64,000 nucleotides of DNA from a virus (IMGVR_UViG_3300021121_000001:1-64000), one strand, 5' to 3'. Positions 28,801 to 37,153 are shown, counted from the first letter of the stretch. The notes: generated by a model not told the origin, from the letters alone. Translations and numbers: made by a program.

Positions 28801-31798
28801 AATTTGAATCATTGCCAATATTGGAATTTGTTACTTTTTTTGTTGAAATAAATGGATTGGCATTATTATCATTAAAAGGAAAATTTGGAAAAAGTATCCT
28901 ATTTCCTGTATTATAAATGTTGTCTTTATATTCCCAAACATCATATAATAAACCTTTTGCTACAATAGATTGATTTCCTCTTCTATTACTTCTGTATATT
29001 CTGTATCCACAAATACTGTTTCTTTCATCTTCAGTTATAAGACCTTTAATAACAGCATCATCTAAAGCAAGTTTAATATGATTTACATCAACAATTATTC
29101 CTTTAGGGAATATTTTATTTGTTTTTACACTTAAATTATTTGGAATACTACCCACTTGTTCAAAAAATGGAACAGGATCAGTACTTGTAAAATCAGGAAA
29201 TTTAAAATGCCTAATAGGTGTTCCTGCCAAATTTTCCCAAACTTGCTCGTTACAAGGATAGGTTTCTGTAGATTCCCAATATGCAAAATTTCCATATTTA
29301 TCTGGGCGTGGTTTGCAATTGTTTTCAGGAATTCCCTGGTATGTTATTTGATGAGTTTGAATTAATCTTACAGTTGCAGGTATAGTGGTTTGTTTAGAAC
29401 TTATAGGTGTTGGTGAAAGAATACACACTTTAAATGGTGCATTCTTTTTCAGATAATCCGGAGGTGCTCCAATATCAACAGCTGCTATCACTCTTATATA
29501 ATATTGAGAGTTGTTTGACAGGTTTTCATAAAATTTATAAGTTGAAGTGGAACCTGCAACAGGAGTTAGTGGTGTTATTGAGTTTACATTGTCATAAACC
29601 TCAAAAGAGAAATTTGAGGGATAATTAGGTCCTAAAGATATTTGAATGGCTGCAACTCCACTTGTATTACTGCAAAGAAAAGAATACCATGAATCCTGAG
29701 GAGGGTATAATGGATCTAGTGGATCATAAGTAAACGCTCCCCAATTATCCAAAGGACAGGTTGCATTAGTTGATTGAAATAAAGAAGTTGCAGTTGCAGC
29801 AGTTGTATTTGTTCTTACAGTGTTATACCAATTTTGAAAATCAGTTAAGTCCCCATTTGTTGGATTTGGAGTTAATGGATATGTTCCTGCTGGTGTAGGG
29901 GTTTTTGGTGTTATTTGTCCTGTTGAAGGATTTTTGTAAACATTATCATATACAAATGTTTCATCCTGAATAATTTCTACAGAAGAAGATACTGATTGAG
30001 GATCTTGATTTATAGGAAGTATGTTTTCTGTTGACCCTGCGGGATATTGAGAAAGATAATTTGGACAGTTCCATATTCCTGAAGCTGAAGCAAGTCCTGC
30101 TGGATTTCCTGGTATTTGGTTTACTGGATTTGCTTTATATGTATTAAGCGCATCTATATCTGCTGTATTTCTAGGAGGATAGTTATAAGGAACTCCTGCT
30201 GAAGAAAGTCCTATAAAATGAGCACTTGATGGATTTGTAGAGGGGTAGTAGTAAAATAGAGGTGTTGTCGTATAAACATAAACTCCTGTACTTTGATTAT
30301 AACTAACTACACTATTCATTAATATTTGGTCTGAAAAACATTCCAGACTGTCTGTTATATTTACAGGAGTTTGTGACGAACTTGTAGAAATACAAACAGC
30401 ACTTCCTATAATTGATCCAGTGTTATAAACCTGCCATCTTTTATTTGGAGGGGTTGAAGAATCACATGAAGAATATCCTATTACGTCTGTATTGTTTATA
30501 ATATCAAGATCATAGGATGTAGCATTTCTTCCCACAAAAGGAAAAACTGGAGTTTTAGTGCCATTTTGTTTTGTAAAAGCTATACCAAATGCATAAACTT
30601 CATCTCCTAAATATCCTACAGTGTTTTGAGCAATTATTGGATTTGAATAAGATCCTTCATCCATTTTAACTGTCTGCCAAAAAAGAGGAATATTAGAAAT
30701 AACTGGTTGCAAGTTTATAACTCTGTCCTCTTCAAGATTGGCTATAAATAAATACCCATTATTTTCAGTTGTGATTTTTCCTTTATTGTAATGAGGTCTT
30801 CTTCCTATTATTTCATCTATAGAAAGATCTGCCTGTAGATTTTTATCTATTCCTGTATAAACATATGAAAATGAGGAAGATTTGATTTCAAATGTTTCTA
30901 TAAGGAATACTGAAGTGACATTATTTATTGTTTTTAAAACAGCAATATTAAAATACTTAAAATCTGTATTTAAATTGCCAATTTCCAACTTGAATGATTT
31001 TGCAATAGGATAGGCAGTGTTATTATTTGGAATAATAGGCTGACTATAAAGAGGTGTAGGGTTACTTACATAGAAATAATCTGTTATTTTATTTGATCTT
31101 ACATCAGAATAACAAACTGCAAATTGATAAACCCCTGCCGTATTTTGTCCTCCTGAAACTATATCTGCCACTTCTATAGTTGGATAGCATGTTTCCGGAA
31201 ATATCAAAATTTTGTCACAATCCAATTGATCTGTCTCAATTAATGGACAGTTTGAAATATCAATCTTCTGAAAATCTTTATAATTGATATATCTTGGTGG
31301 ATTTTTAAAATCATTAAAATATATTCTTACATTGCAATCATCTACTTTTATCCATGATGTAACAGGATTGTCTATACTAAAATTAAGACATTTTGCATTT
31401 ACAAATGTATAATATAAAGATAGAGGAGATTGAACTGTCTGCTCCAATGGAGTGTCTTCCAATATAGGTTGATTACAAGTGGAACAATTTATAACAGGAT
31501 CTGGAGAGTCCTGATTGTTTCCATCTAAAATAAAACCTATTTCTGATTCCTGAGTTGAAGGATTTACAAGAAAAAAGAAAGTACATGAAAGTGCCGGAAC
31601 AAGATTTGTTCCTATAACTTTAAATCCTTCTTTAAATTTTGTAGCAAGAATATTTGACTGATCATTATTTATAAGAGCAAAATTACCACTTACAGACTGC
31701 AAATTGGCATTTACAGCCAATGAAAACTCACTCTCTTTTAAAAGAGAAGGATTTCTCATTGACATCCCTACTTGTGGTTGACTTTGATTTTGTTCCAT
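25898..31798 (-). CDS. Tail stabilisation / muzzle protein (P22 gp10-like position; 1966 aa)
   Basis: Size and position between ring genes and cargo genes. YFNDFKNPPRYIN, GVYQFAVCY, PIRHFKFPD, FGGDTYI, FWVDNKRG and KSWTISY motifs typical of the crAss-like beta-propeller tail protein. Confidence 0.75.
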   Translation of the reverse strand: MEQNQSQPQVGMSMRNPSLLKESEFSLAVNANLQSVSGNFALINNDQSNILATKFKEGFKVIGTNLVPALSCTFFFLVNPSTQESEIGFILDGNNQDSPDPVINCSTCNQPILEDTPLEQTVQSPLSLYYTFVNAKCLNFSIDNPVTSWIKVDDCNVRIYFNDFKNPPRYINYKDFQKIDISNCPLIETDQLDCDKILIFPETCYPTIEVADIVSGGQNTAGVYQFAVCYSDVRSNKITDYFYVSNPTPLYSQPIIPNNNTAYPIAKSFKLEIGNLNTDFKYFNIAVLKTINNVTSVFLIETFEIKSSSFSYVYTGIDKNLQADLSIDEIIGRRPHYNKGKITTENNGYLFIANLEEDRVINLQPVISNIPLFWQTVKMDEGSYSNPIIAQNTVGYLGDEVYAFGIAFTKQNGTKTPVFPFVGRNATSYDLDIINNTDVIGYSSCDSSTPPNKRWQVYNTGSIIGSAVCISTSSSQTPVNITDSLECFSDQILMNSVVSYNQSTGVYVYTTTPLFYYYPSTNPSSAHFIGLSSAGVPYNYPPRNTADIDALNTYKANPVNQIPGNPAGLASASGIWNCPNYLSQYPAGSTENILPINQDPQSVSSSVEIIQDETFVYDNVYKNPSTGQITPKTPTPAGTYPLTPNPTNGDLTDFQNWYNTVRTNTTAATATSLFQSTNATCPLDNWGAFTYDPLDPLYPPQDSWYSFLCSNTSGVAAIQISLGPNYPSNFSFEVYDNVNSITPLTPVAGSTSTYKFYENLSNNSQYYIRVIAAVDIGAPPDYLKKNAPFKVCILSPTPISSKQTTIPATVRLIQTHQITYQGIPENNCKPRPDKYGNFAYWESTETYPCNEQVWENLAGTPIRHFKFPDFTSTDPVPFFEQVGSIPNNLSVKTNKIFPKGIIVDVNHIKLALDDAVIKGLITEDERNSICGYRIYRSNRRGNQSIVAKGLLYDVWEYKDNIYNTGNRILFPNFPFNDNNANPFISTKKVTNSNIGNDSNLNLLHPYSSLDYVNNKYTIDAPNLSFNNPGLGTEIKLECEQTGKAIGNYSDVKNNSVYQYVGAGIISAAIGFASVEAAFEALNTMANATLTIPIEVFGSGTSLPLGLILALVGENILAPMRIYSHYSEWYDIIKKYAPFRNYAIFYNGVGKYLNYALNSTGNIRRTVANSQYLKPGILNVNTTKGSIRFNNFKRDSSVFIELAINSTFLKTSSEDTSRQLPICNNSGVTGDISSYYGSLKNVLVNQYGQIDNIQWIDTGYDGYINWSDANQDTRCDTIFGGDTYITRFTKKRKTPMFLDDRVIPSSATNVGATNQDIQMSLLPNIGYPKYFMDYPNTLDYNGISQALFGDVAVYSTSRADYNFLCFSSSGQSWQDAGLGAAIIGGVSGVAFGVISIPIALAASIPTLKSDLGDSLFLNGKYVHSFYGITSFLCESDYNLDLRHGENLKEKNFYPNVGDITEWTQECFVPMSEDNSYLYNNDYSKQNTLNPNFVINNDYDQVKQLCKSQHPNRLIYSLQDNDQNDLSDGNLVFLANNYYEFPKSGGKLLIVKGIENGKVLAIQENRAAVFNSYIALQTNVATATVGSNTLFASGIPSQFLQTDLGYGGSQTPAIVSTEFGHFWVDNKRGQILQFQQGIQNIVKPEEEWWFKENLPFKILKDFPDFDITNNYKYVGMTIAYDARYKRMIFTKRDVELKPAFRNFIKFDGTSFYNISEPNKKFTLENPEYFCNKSWTISYNPLFKSFISFHSFTPNYYISNQSYFSSGINYSFEDISEEGLWHHNLTSKSYQVYYGKLKPFIFEFTVNSKMYNRVLENVEYIAEFYRYQDNMSSALITNKTYNKALIYNQNQTTGVLNLVPKEKNNRRQFLLYPKQNQDSRDILTEKIENIWRFNNFYSVAKNDGQPLMTYDCNNIAYKEPNPLAINYKVSYIKDIMRSDYHVLRLINDKWSNYQILHRFAITDTINSPS

Positions 31799-31802
31799 TA
31801 TT

Positions 31803-32798
31803 TTATAAATGTTTACTATTTATCAATTCATAAGCTGCAAACTTTTTGCGTGTGTTGCGAGCCATTTCAACAGCTTTATTGAAAGAAGGCATTTTAGAAT
31901 AGTTTATTGCTTCCTGTAGATATTTATCTCTTTTTATTTCCAGATCCTGTACTTTTCTTTCTATGTTTGTATCTGTATTATCCAGCCAAGTCATATAAAA
32001 AAAGTAATACATTAATTGATATTCTATTGCTCTTTGAATTACAGGATTGTCAGGAATAAGAGGAAGTCCTGTTTCTGGATCTTCAGGATAGGCATAATAT
32101 TTAAGATATATTATTGGTTTTTCCAAAGTTGAATGTAAAAACCTGTTATTTCCTTGTTGGGTTATAGATATTTCATAAATAGATCTTGCAAATAAATTTT
32201 TACAGTCTTTTTTACAAACATCTCCTGCTGCTGATTTTTTATTCTTCAGTCTGAGCATTATTGGATTTCTCCATGTGATTGTTCTTCCCTGAGGTATGAC
32301 ATATTCTTTTATAGTTACTTTTTCAAGAATATTCTCATTATTGTTATTACAAGGAGTTGACTGGATGATTATACCATTACTTATAACATTTCTAATATCT
32401 TGGGCAGGTGTATTGCATTCTCCTCCTATATCACAACTACTTGGTTTTGAAGGTCCTGATGCACATTCTTCTTTTTGTGAAATTATTTCATTTGTAGTTT
32501 CACTGTACATAATAAAATTAGACTGCAAAATTGCTTCTGTGGTATCTGGCTGACTATCACAAAGCCAAGCAGAATCAAGAAGATAGAAATTACAAGGAAG
32601 AGCAGCTTTATGATTTTCAAGAGTGACAATAGCTTCAACCATTTCATATGCTGCAATACCTAACTTATTGATGATTAACTTAATTTCTGCATAAAATCTT
32701 CCTGAATCTAATGTACCATTAGAAGTGTAAGAGGAGAGCTGATCTTCTATCTTTGCTATAATTTGATCACAGGGAACTAAGTTATATTCTGCTGACAT
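31803..32798 (-). CDS. Tail ring / tubular protein (P22 gp4-like)
   Basis: Immediately upstream of the muzzle gene; KAALPCNFY and YLKYYAYP.D.ETGLPLIPD motifs. Confidence 0.65.
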   Translation of the reverse strand: MSAEYNLVPCDQIIAKIEDQLSSYTSNGTLDSGRFYAEIKLIINKLGIAAYEMVEAIVTLENHKAALPCNFYLLDSAWLCDSQPDTTEAILQSNFIMYSETTNEIISQKEECASGPSKPSSCDIGGECNTPAQDIRNVISNGIIIQSTPCNNNNENILEKVTIKEYVIPQGRTITWRNPIMLRLKNKKSAAGDVCKKDCKNLFARSIYEISITQQGNNRFLHSTLEKPIIYLKYYAYPEDPETGLPLIPDNPVIQRAIEYQLMYYFFYMTWLDNTDTNIERKVQDLEIKRDKYLQEAINYSKMPSFNKAVEMARNTRKKFAAYELINSKHL

Positions 32799-33412
32799 TT
32801 TTTCTTTTTTTCTTTTAGTATTTTACGTTCTTCTCTATCTCTTTTTTTGGTTTCTCTAAAATCTGAAAACTGCCATTCGTAATATTCTTTTCCTTCTATT
32901 ATCTTCTTAGAAAGTTTTTGTCTAATATCTATAGTGGTTTTTACTTCATATGCCGGAGCTTTATCAAAAGTACAGTTTTTTGAATTGAACCAAATTATTC
33001 TGTACAAATAAAAGAAAGAATGCAAATTTACATGATAGGATTTACCTTCTGCTGTAAATTTTTTATAATACTCCAGAGATTTAGTATATCTTTTGATATA
33101 CATTTCTTTCACCTGATCTGTAAGTTTTGGATTATTCATAATGGATTCAATTCTTTCCTGCTTATCTCCCCTGAGACACTTAGGAAGATATTTTGAAACT
33201 ATTATCACTCCATTATCTTTTATTTTAAATCCATCTGCATTGTTTATTATCCAGTCTCCTAAAAGTTTGTTGTTTATTTTACAAATTTTTATAATATCAC
33301 GATCTGGTAATTGAAATTTTTTAAGTTTCAGTTTTTCTCTGATCCTATTGCAAAGCTCTTTATTAACTATATTTGTTTCTGATTTTTTGTAATATGTTTT
33401 TTTACTGTCCAT
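32777..33412 (-). CDS. IHF/HU-like basic protein of the crAss-like tail module
   Basis: Basic; GFKIKDNG and YHVNLHS.FY.YRI.W pattern; conserved position between ring genes. Confidence 0.55.
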   Translation of the reverse strand: MDSKKTYYKKSETNIVNKELCNRIREKLKLKKFQLPDRDIIKICKINNKLLGDWIINNADGFKIKDNGVIIVSKYLPKCLRGDKQERIESIMNNPKLTDQVKEMYIKRYTKSLEYYKKFTAEGKSYHVNLHSFFYLYRIIWFNSKNCTFDKAPAYEVKTTIDIRQKLSKKIIEGKEYYEWQFSDFRETKKRDREERKILKEKKKKCQQNIT

Positions 33413-34160
33413 TTCTTGTATTTTGTAAATCTCTTTGGTTTGTTTTATCTGAAGGACTTGTGTTCATATTAGGATATTGATCCTCTGTAAGGGATACATA
33501 TATCTTGGTAAGTCTATTAAGTAATTCTTTTTTTACATCATTCAAAAGATAAAAAGGAGCTACAATTTCATAATCCAATGGAGATTTACACAAATCTATG
33601 TCTTTACAGTCATAGCAATCTGATGTTCTTTTAAACAACTCCACTTCATGCTTATCTATAAAATATGCCTCCATTCTAACTTGTTCAATAGCCAGATCTA
33701 CATTTTTAGGTATAGGTATATACAAATAACCATCAATAAAAAAATAATAATACTTATTCCTATCCTTATACTGTCTCTTCTGTATACTAACCCATTGCCT
33801 GGGTGTAACAGGATCGAAAGAATAAGAAAAATTAGGAGAAGATACATGTTTGATTATATTTCCAAAACTATAAGTGTAAGTGGCAGGAAGTCTTTTTACA
33901 GATCTCATCATTCTGTCACATATTCTAACATCTACATCAGGACAGGAAATTGTTGGAACTTCTTCTAATTCAATGCCTTGTATTTCAGTCCAGCCTTCAG
34001 CAAGTCTTTGCAATTTCCTTTTTGCATCCTGATCTTTCTTTAAAAAATCTGCTACAATATTTATGGTTTCATAATACACAAATCTTGGAGGAATATAGCT
34101 ATCTGCTGAGATTTGCTTTATCTCTGTTTGTATATCATTAACAAATTGTCTGTAAGTCAT
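33402..34160 (-). CDS. Tail ring protein (probable start 34160, MTYRQFV)
   Basis: The track start (34220) lies inside a terminator hairpin. RSVKRLP and YYFFIDGYLY motifs; synteny. Confidence 0.6.
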   Translation of the reverse strand: MTYRQFVNDIQTEIKQISADSYIPPRFVYYETINIVADFLKKDQDAKRKLQRLAEGWTEIQGIELEEVPTISCPDVDVRICDRMMRSVKRLPATYTYSFGNIIKHVSSPNFSYSFDPVTPRQWVSIQKRQYKDRNKYYYFFIDGYLYIPIPKNVDLAIEQVRMEAYFIDKHEVELFKRTSDCYDCKDIDLCKSPLDYEIVAPFYLLNDVKKELLNRLTKIYVSLTEDQYPNMNTSPSDKTNQRDLQNTRNGQ

Positions 34161-34189
34161 ACCATTTGAGTATTTGGAAATTAATATAT

Positions 34190-34222
34190 AAAAAAAAGGT
34201 GAAGATTTAAATTTCTTCACCT
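34190..34222 (-). terminator. Rho-independent terminator after the phosphoesterase gene
   Basis: aggtgaaga/tcttcacct 9-bp stem followed by a U8 tract on the minus strand. Confidence 0.85.
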
Positions 34223-34244
34223 ATTTCAGTTAAATTTATTAAGC

Positions 34245-35594
34245 TTATTTCTTTACAATATAATTAAATTCTGCTATCTGTCCTTCTTCTTTATGGAATA
34301 TAATAGCATTTGCCATTCTCTTAGCTCCATAATAATTGTTTTCATTATGCCATGCATCCATTACAGAAAGAGAATTCAATCTTCTTAAAACAACTCCTCC
34401 CACTTCATTTTCTGTTAAAAACACCTTTTTAGAGGTTTTATGAAGATGTCCAAGATAGATGTATCTGTATAGAGAACTTGAGAAATAGTCTGGTTTTTCC
34501 ACTGCAAATGTCAAAGGAAGACCATCATCTTTACAATCTCCATGAGTAAGCATATAACTTGTTACACCATATTTGTGGTATTTTCTAATATGGGGATCAT
34601 TAACTATTTCTACGTCTTTATCTTTTCTATAAAATGCTTTAAGAGATTCTCCAAGGTAGAAAGAAGTGGCTTTATCGTGATTACCCTGCACTATGAATAA
34701 TTTAACTTTAACTCCTTTAAAAGAAGATAGGTAATCTACAGCTTCTGTAAGAATTTCCAATCCTCTCATGTAAATTTTCTGATACCTTGTATCAACATCA
34801 TTCATAATAGTTCCATTGGCTGTCTGATTGTTGGATCCATTTGTATGAAGAAAATCACCTCCTATATTAAGAATAAATTCCTCTACTGAAAAACATCTTG
34901 TAGCTTGTATTGCAAGATTTTTAAGAGAATTCATAAAAACCTCTTTTGCAATATCTACATTGAAATCTGCTCCAACTTCTTTATCCCATGCTAGTTTTCC
35001 TACATGCAGATCAGACAAGTTCAAGAGGACAGAAGTGGTTTTTGGCTCATTTGAAGTTGGAATTGGAGAAGCCGGAGAGCTTAAAAGTTTAAGTTGATAT
35101 GTATCTATAAATTCCTTAAATAGTTTTTGATAATCAACTGCGTGTTCTGGTTTTATAGAAAGAAGAGAAACAGTTATTGCATATTTACCGGAAAAAGAAG
35201 TTTTATGGTAGATTTGATTAATTCTATACTTCTTTGTATCTATTTTGAAATGTTCTATTATTTCTTGATCTGTAGGAATATCATCTGCTGTAAATGTAAA
35301 TTCTTTTGTTCCCTGTTCTTTATTCTCATTTCCAGAAATATAAGAAAATGCTCCTTTTATAGTGGAATCTATATTATTTTTAATTGTGGTGAAAATACCT
35401 GATTTTTCTTTTCTTTTTCTAAGTTTAGAAAATCTACTTCTAACATATTCAGAATCAAGTGTTTCAATCTGTGCATTTTTAGAAATAATATCTTTTGTTA
35501 CTTCTTGCCAGGAAAACCCAGAGGTTTCTCTTTTTGCTTGTATTTTATCAAAGTTTTCTTTCAGATATGAATCTACAAGTTTTATTTTTTCCAT
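34245..35594 (-). CDS. Calcineurin-like metallophosphoesterase
   Basis: All five motifs present: SDLHVG, GGDFLH, GNHD, THGD, GHLH. Confidence 0.9.
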   Translation of the reverse strand: MEKIKLVDSYLKENFDKIQAKRETSGFSWQEVTKDIISKNAQIETLDSEYVRSRFSKLRKRKEKSGIFTTIKNNIDSTIKGAFSYISGNENKEQGTKEFTFTADDIPTDQEIIEHFKIDTKKYRINQIYHKTSFSGKYAITVSLLSIKPEHAVDYQKLFKEFIDTYQLKLLSSPASPIPTSNEPKTTSVLLNLSDLHVGKLAWDKEVGADFNVDIAKEVFMNSLKNLAIQATRCFSVEEFILNIGGDFLHTNGSNNQTANGTIMNDVDTRYQKIYMRGLEILTEAVDYLSSFKGVKVKLFIVQGNHDKATSFYLGESLKAFYRKDKDVEIVNDPHIRKYHKYGVTSYMLTHGDCKDDGLPLTFAVEKPDYFSSSLYRYIYLGHLHKTSKKVFLTENEVGGVVLRRLNSLSVMDAWHNENNYYGAKRMANAIIFHKEEGQIAEFNYIVKK

Positions 35595-35611
35595 TTTTTA
35601 TGCTTTGTTTA

Positions 35612-35619
35612 CAAATATA
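35612..35619 (-). promoter_or_regulatory. Bacteroidota -7 promoter element (TATATTTG) upstream of the phosphoesterase gene
   Basis: Matches TAnnTTTG 17 nt before the ATG; no clear -33 TTTG. Confidence 0.5.
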
Positions 35620-35627
35620 GTGTTTTT

Positions 35628-36062
35628 CTAATTGGTATTATTAGAATTTAACAATTTAATTTTATTATTTATAATTTCAAGGATTGCTTCTTTAGAAAAT
35701 GTATTCACCTGTCTGTTCGTAAGTCTAATTGGTTCATACCCTTCTTTTCTCAATCTTTTTGTTCTTAGATTATCTTTCTTTATACCTTGTTTTGTAAAAT
35801 GTCCACTTCCATCAATTTCTATAAAAATTGAATGATCAATTAATAAAAAATCAAGAATATACAATTCCAAGCATTTGACAATGACAGGTTTTTGAAATTC
35901 AAAAGCAAAGCCAAATTCTTTTAAATACTCCAGCACTATTTTTTCTTCAGGGGTGCTTTTCTTTTTTAGTTGTGTTGCATGTGCTTTTCCTACTTTGACA
36001 AGAAAATCATACCTTTCCTGGTTTGTGTATTTTGACTTTTTTTTAACAGATTTTTTTGCCAT
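35628..36062 (-). CDS. DUF559 / Vsr-like PD-(D/E)xK endonuclease
   Basis: STPEEK...FQKP...YILDF...IFIEIDGSGH...KD..RT..L...GY..IRLTN. Confidence 0.85.
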   Translation of the reverse strand: MAKKSVKKKSKYTNQERYDFLVKVGKAHATQLKKKSTPEEKIVLEYLKEFGFAFEFQKPVIVKCLELYILDFLLIDHSIFIEIDGSGHFTKQGIKKDNLRTKRLRKEGYEPIRLTNRQVNTFSKEAILEIINNKIKLLNSNNTN

Positions 36063-36077
36063 AAAATTACTTAATTA

Positions 36078-36085
36078 CAAACTTA
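36078..36085 (-). promoter_or_regulatory. Bacteroidota -7 element (TAAGTTTG) upstream of the DUF559 gene
   Basis: TAnnTTTG 15 nt before the ATG. Confidence 0.55.
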
Positions 36086-36152
36086 ATGCTTATATTTGTG
36101 TATTCATAATTCATCAAAGTAGATAATTAAAATAATTATTTTTACTTATAGA

Positions 36153-36184
36153 TTTGGAAATATGATTAATGTTTTGTAAGTTTG
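36153..36184 (+). promoter_or_regulatory. Consensus Bacteroidota primary-sigma promoter on the + strand (TTTG-N20-TAAGTTTG)
   Basis: -33 TTTG at 36153-36156, -7 TAAGTTTG at 36177-36184, 20-nt spacer; points away from all coding genes. Confidence 0.8.
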
Positions 36185-36189
36185 TATTA

Positions 36190-36334
36190 TAGTAATTACT
36201 TGTTTGCCGAAACAAATAGTAACACTAGAAAACTGATATATTCAAATTATTATAAATTTTCTAGTTCTCTCACTGGTTTCGGACTTTGAGGGAACTTTGA
36301 ACCTGCCCCAAGTACATACTACTTGGGGTTTTTT
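36190..36334 (+). ncRNA. Putative structured small RNA (~145 nt)
   Basis: Promoter upstream. Hairpins at 36196-36222, 36224-36265 (actagaaaa/ttttctagt) and 36264-36295 (gttctctca/tgagggaac, G-U valid on +). Intrinsic terminator at the end; no ORF. Confidence 0.65.
36305..36334 (+). terminator. Rho-independent terminator of the + strand sRNA
   Basis: gccccaagta/tacttggggt stem followed by a U-tract. Confidence 0.85.
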
Positions 36335-36573
36335 ATTCCCCGCCTGGAAGCAGTGTTAATTTTTTGATTAATTACAAAATAGGTTTGAAATAGCACCTTA
36401 AAGGTTACTCCTGTATATAGCCTAAAGCTTTTGAAATTTTTCCAAATGAATAAACGCCACCACTTTAGATCTCTATGAACAGTATGTCCAAATTTGTCTC
36501 AAAAGAGGTAGACTCTCTAAAATAAAAATTTCCTGGGGTGGCGATTTCTTCAATTTTTTGATGGAGGTAAAAC

Positions 36574-36613
36574 TATAAAACCCCCTAATTAATAAAAATC
36601 AGGAGGTTTTATA
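36574..36613 (-). terminator. Hairpin / probable terminator after the basic-protein genes
   Basis: tataaaaccccct...aggaggttttata; the single mismatch is a G-U pair on the minus strand. Confidence 0.6.
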
Positions 36614-36629
36614 AGTTCTTGAGAATAGA

Positions 36630-36944
36630 TTAGCTATTCGCTCCTTTCTTTTTTCCTTGTACAGCACCATATGCTCTTATTCCTCCCACTCTTTTTGCAG
36701 GAGTTCCTGTAGCACCACCAGTCTTATACTTTTTCATTGCTTTCTTTTTGCCACCAAACTTAGCCATCATTTGAGCTGTTTGAGATCCTTCAGGACCTGG
36801 AGGAGGACCTTGTTGAGCCATTGGAGGCATAGGAGGAGCCATTGGAGGAGCCATTGGAGCTTTCCTAGCAGGAGCAGATTTCTTCATCATCTTTTTAGGA
36901 GCTGATTTTTTTGCTGCTGATTTTTTCATCATTTTCTTTTTCAT
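36630..36944 (-). CDS. Lys/Met/Pro-rich basic low-complexity protein (histone H1-like composition)
   Basis: KKMMKKSA repeats, MAPP repeats, AKFGG and YKTGG motifs. Confidence 0.7.
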   Translation of the reverse strand: MKKKMMKKSAAKKSAPKKMMKKSAPARKAPMAPPMAPPMPPMAQQGPPPGPEGSQTAQMMAKFGGKKKAMKKYKTGGATGTPAKRVGGIRAYGAVQGKKKGANS

Positions 36945-37081
36945 TTCTTTGTTTTTTTCTTTGTTACTAATTTTTTTGTTTTACTTGTTGACGTTTCTTT
37001 AGATGCAAATTTTTCACCGAGCTTAAAAGCTTTCTTTGCTTTTGCAGCAGGTGTGAGTCTTTTTTTTATTACTTTTTTCAT
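36941..37081 (-). CDS. Unannotated 46-aa highly basic micro-protein (MKKVIKKRLTPAAKAKKAFKLGEKFASKETSTSKTKKLVTKKKTKK)
   Basis: Its TGA overlaps the ATG of the 104-aa gene (ATGA coupling); fills the gap after the 37118-37153 terminator. Confidence 0.7.
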   Translation of the reverse strand: MKKVIKKRLTPAAKAKKAFKLGEKFASKETSTSKTKKLVTKKKTKK

Positions 37082-37117
37082 TTTGAATAATTAAATATAA
37101 GGAATTTTTTAAAAATT

Positions 37118-37153
37118 AAAAAAATCCCCTGATGTATTTCTACATTCAGGGGA
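37118..37153 (-). terminator. Rho-independent terminator preceded by a pyrimidine-rich anti-TIR segment
   Basis: tcccctga-tgta/taca-t-tcagggga stem with a U7 tract on the minus strand. Confidence 0.85.

Noticed and set aside
36190-36334. tRNA or tRNA-like gene
   Set aside because: No cloverleaf, T-loop consensus or CCA end.
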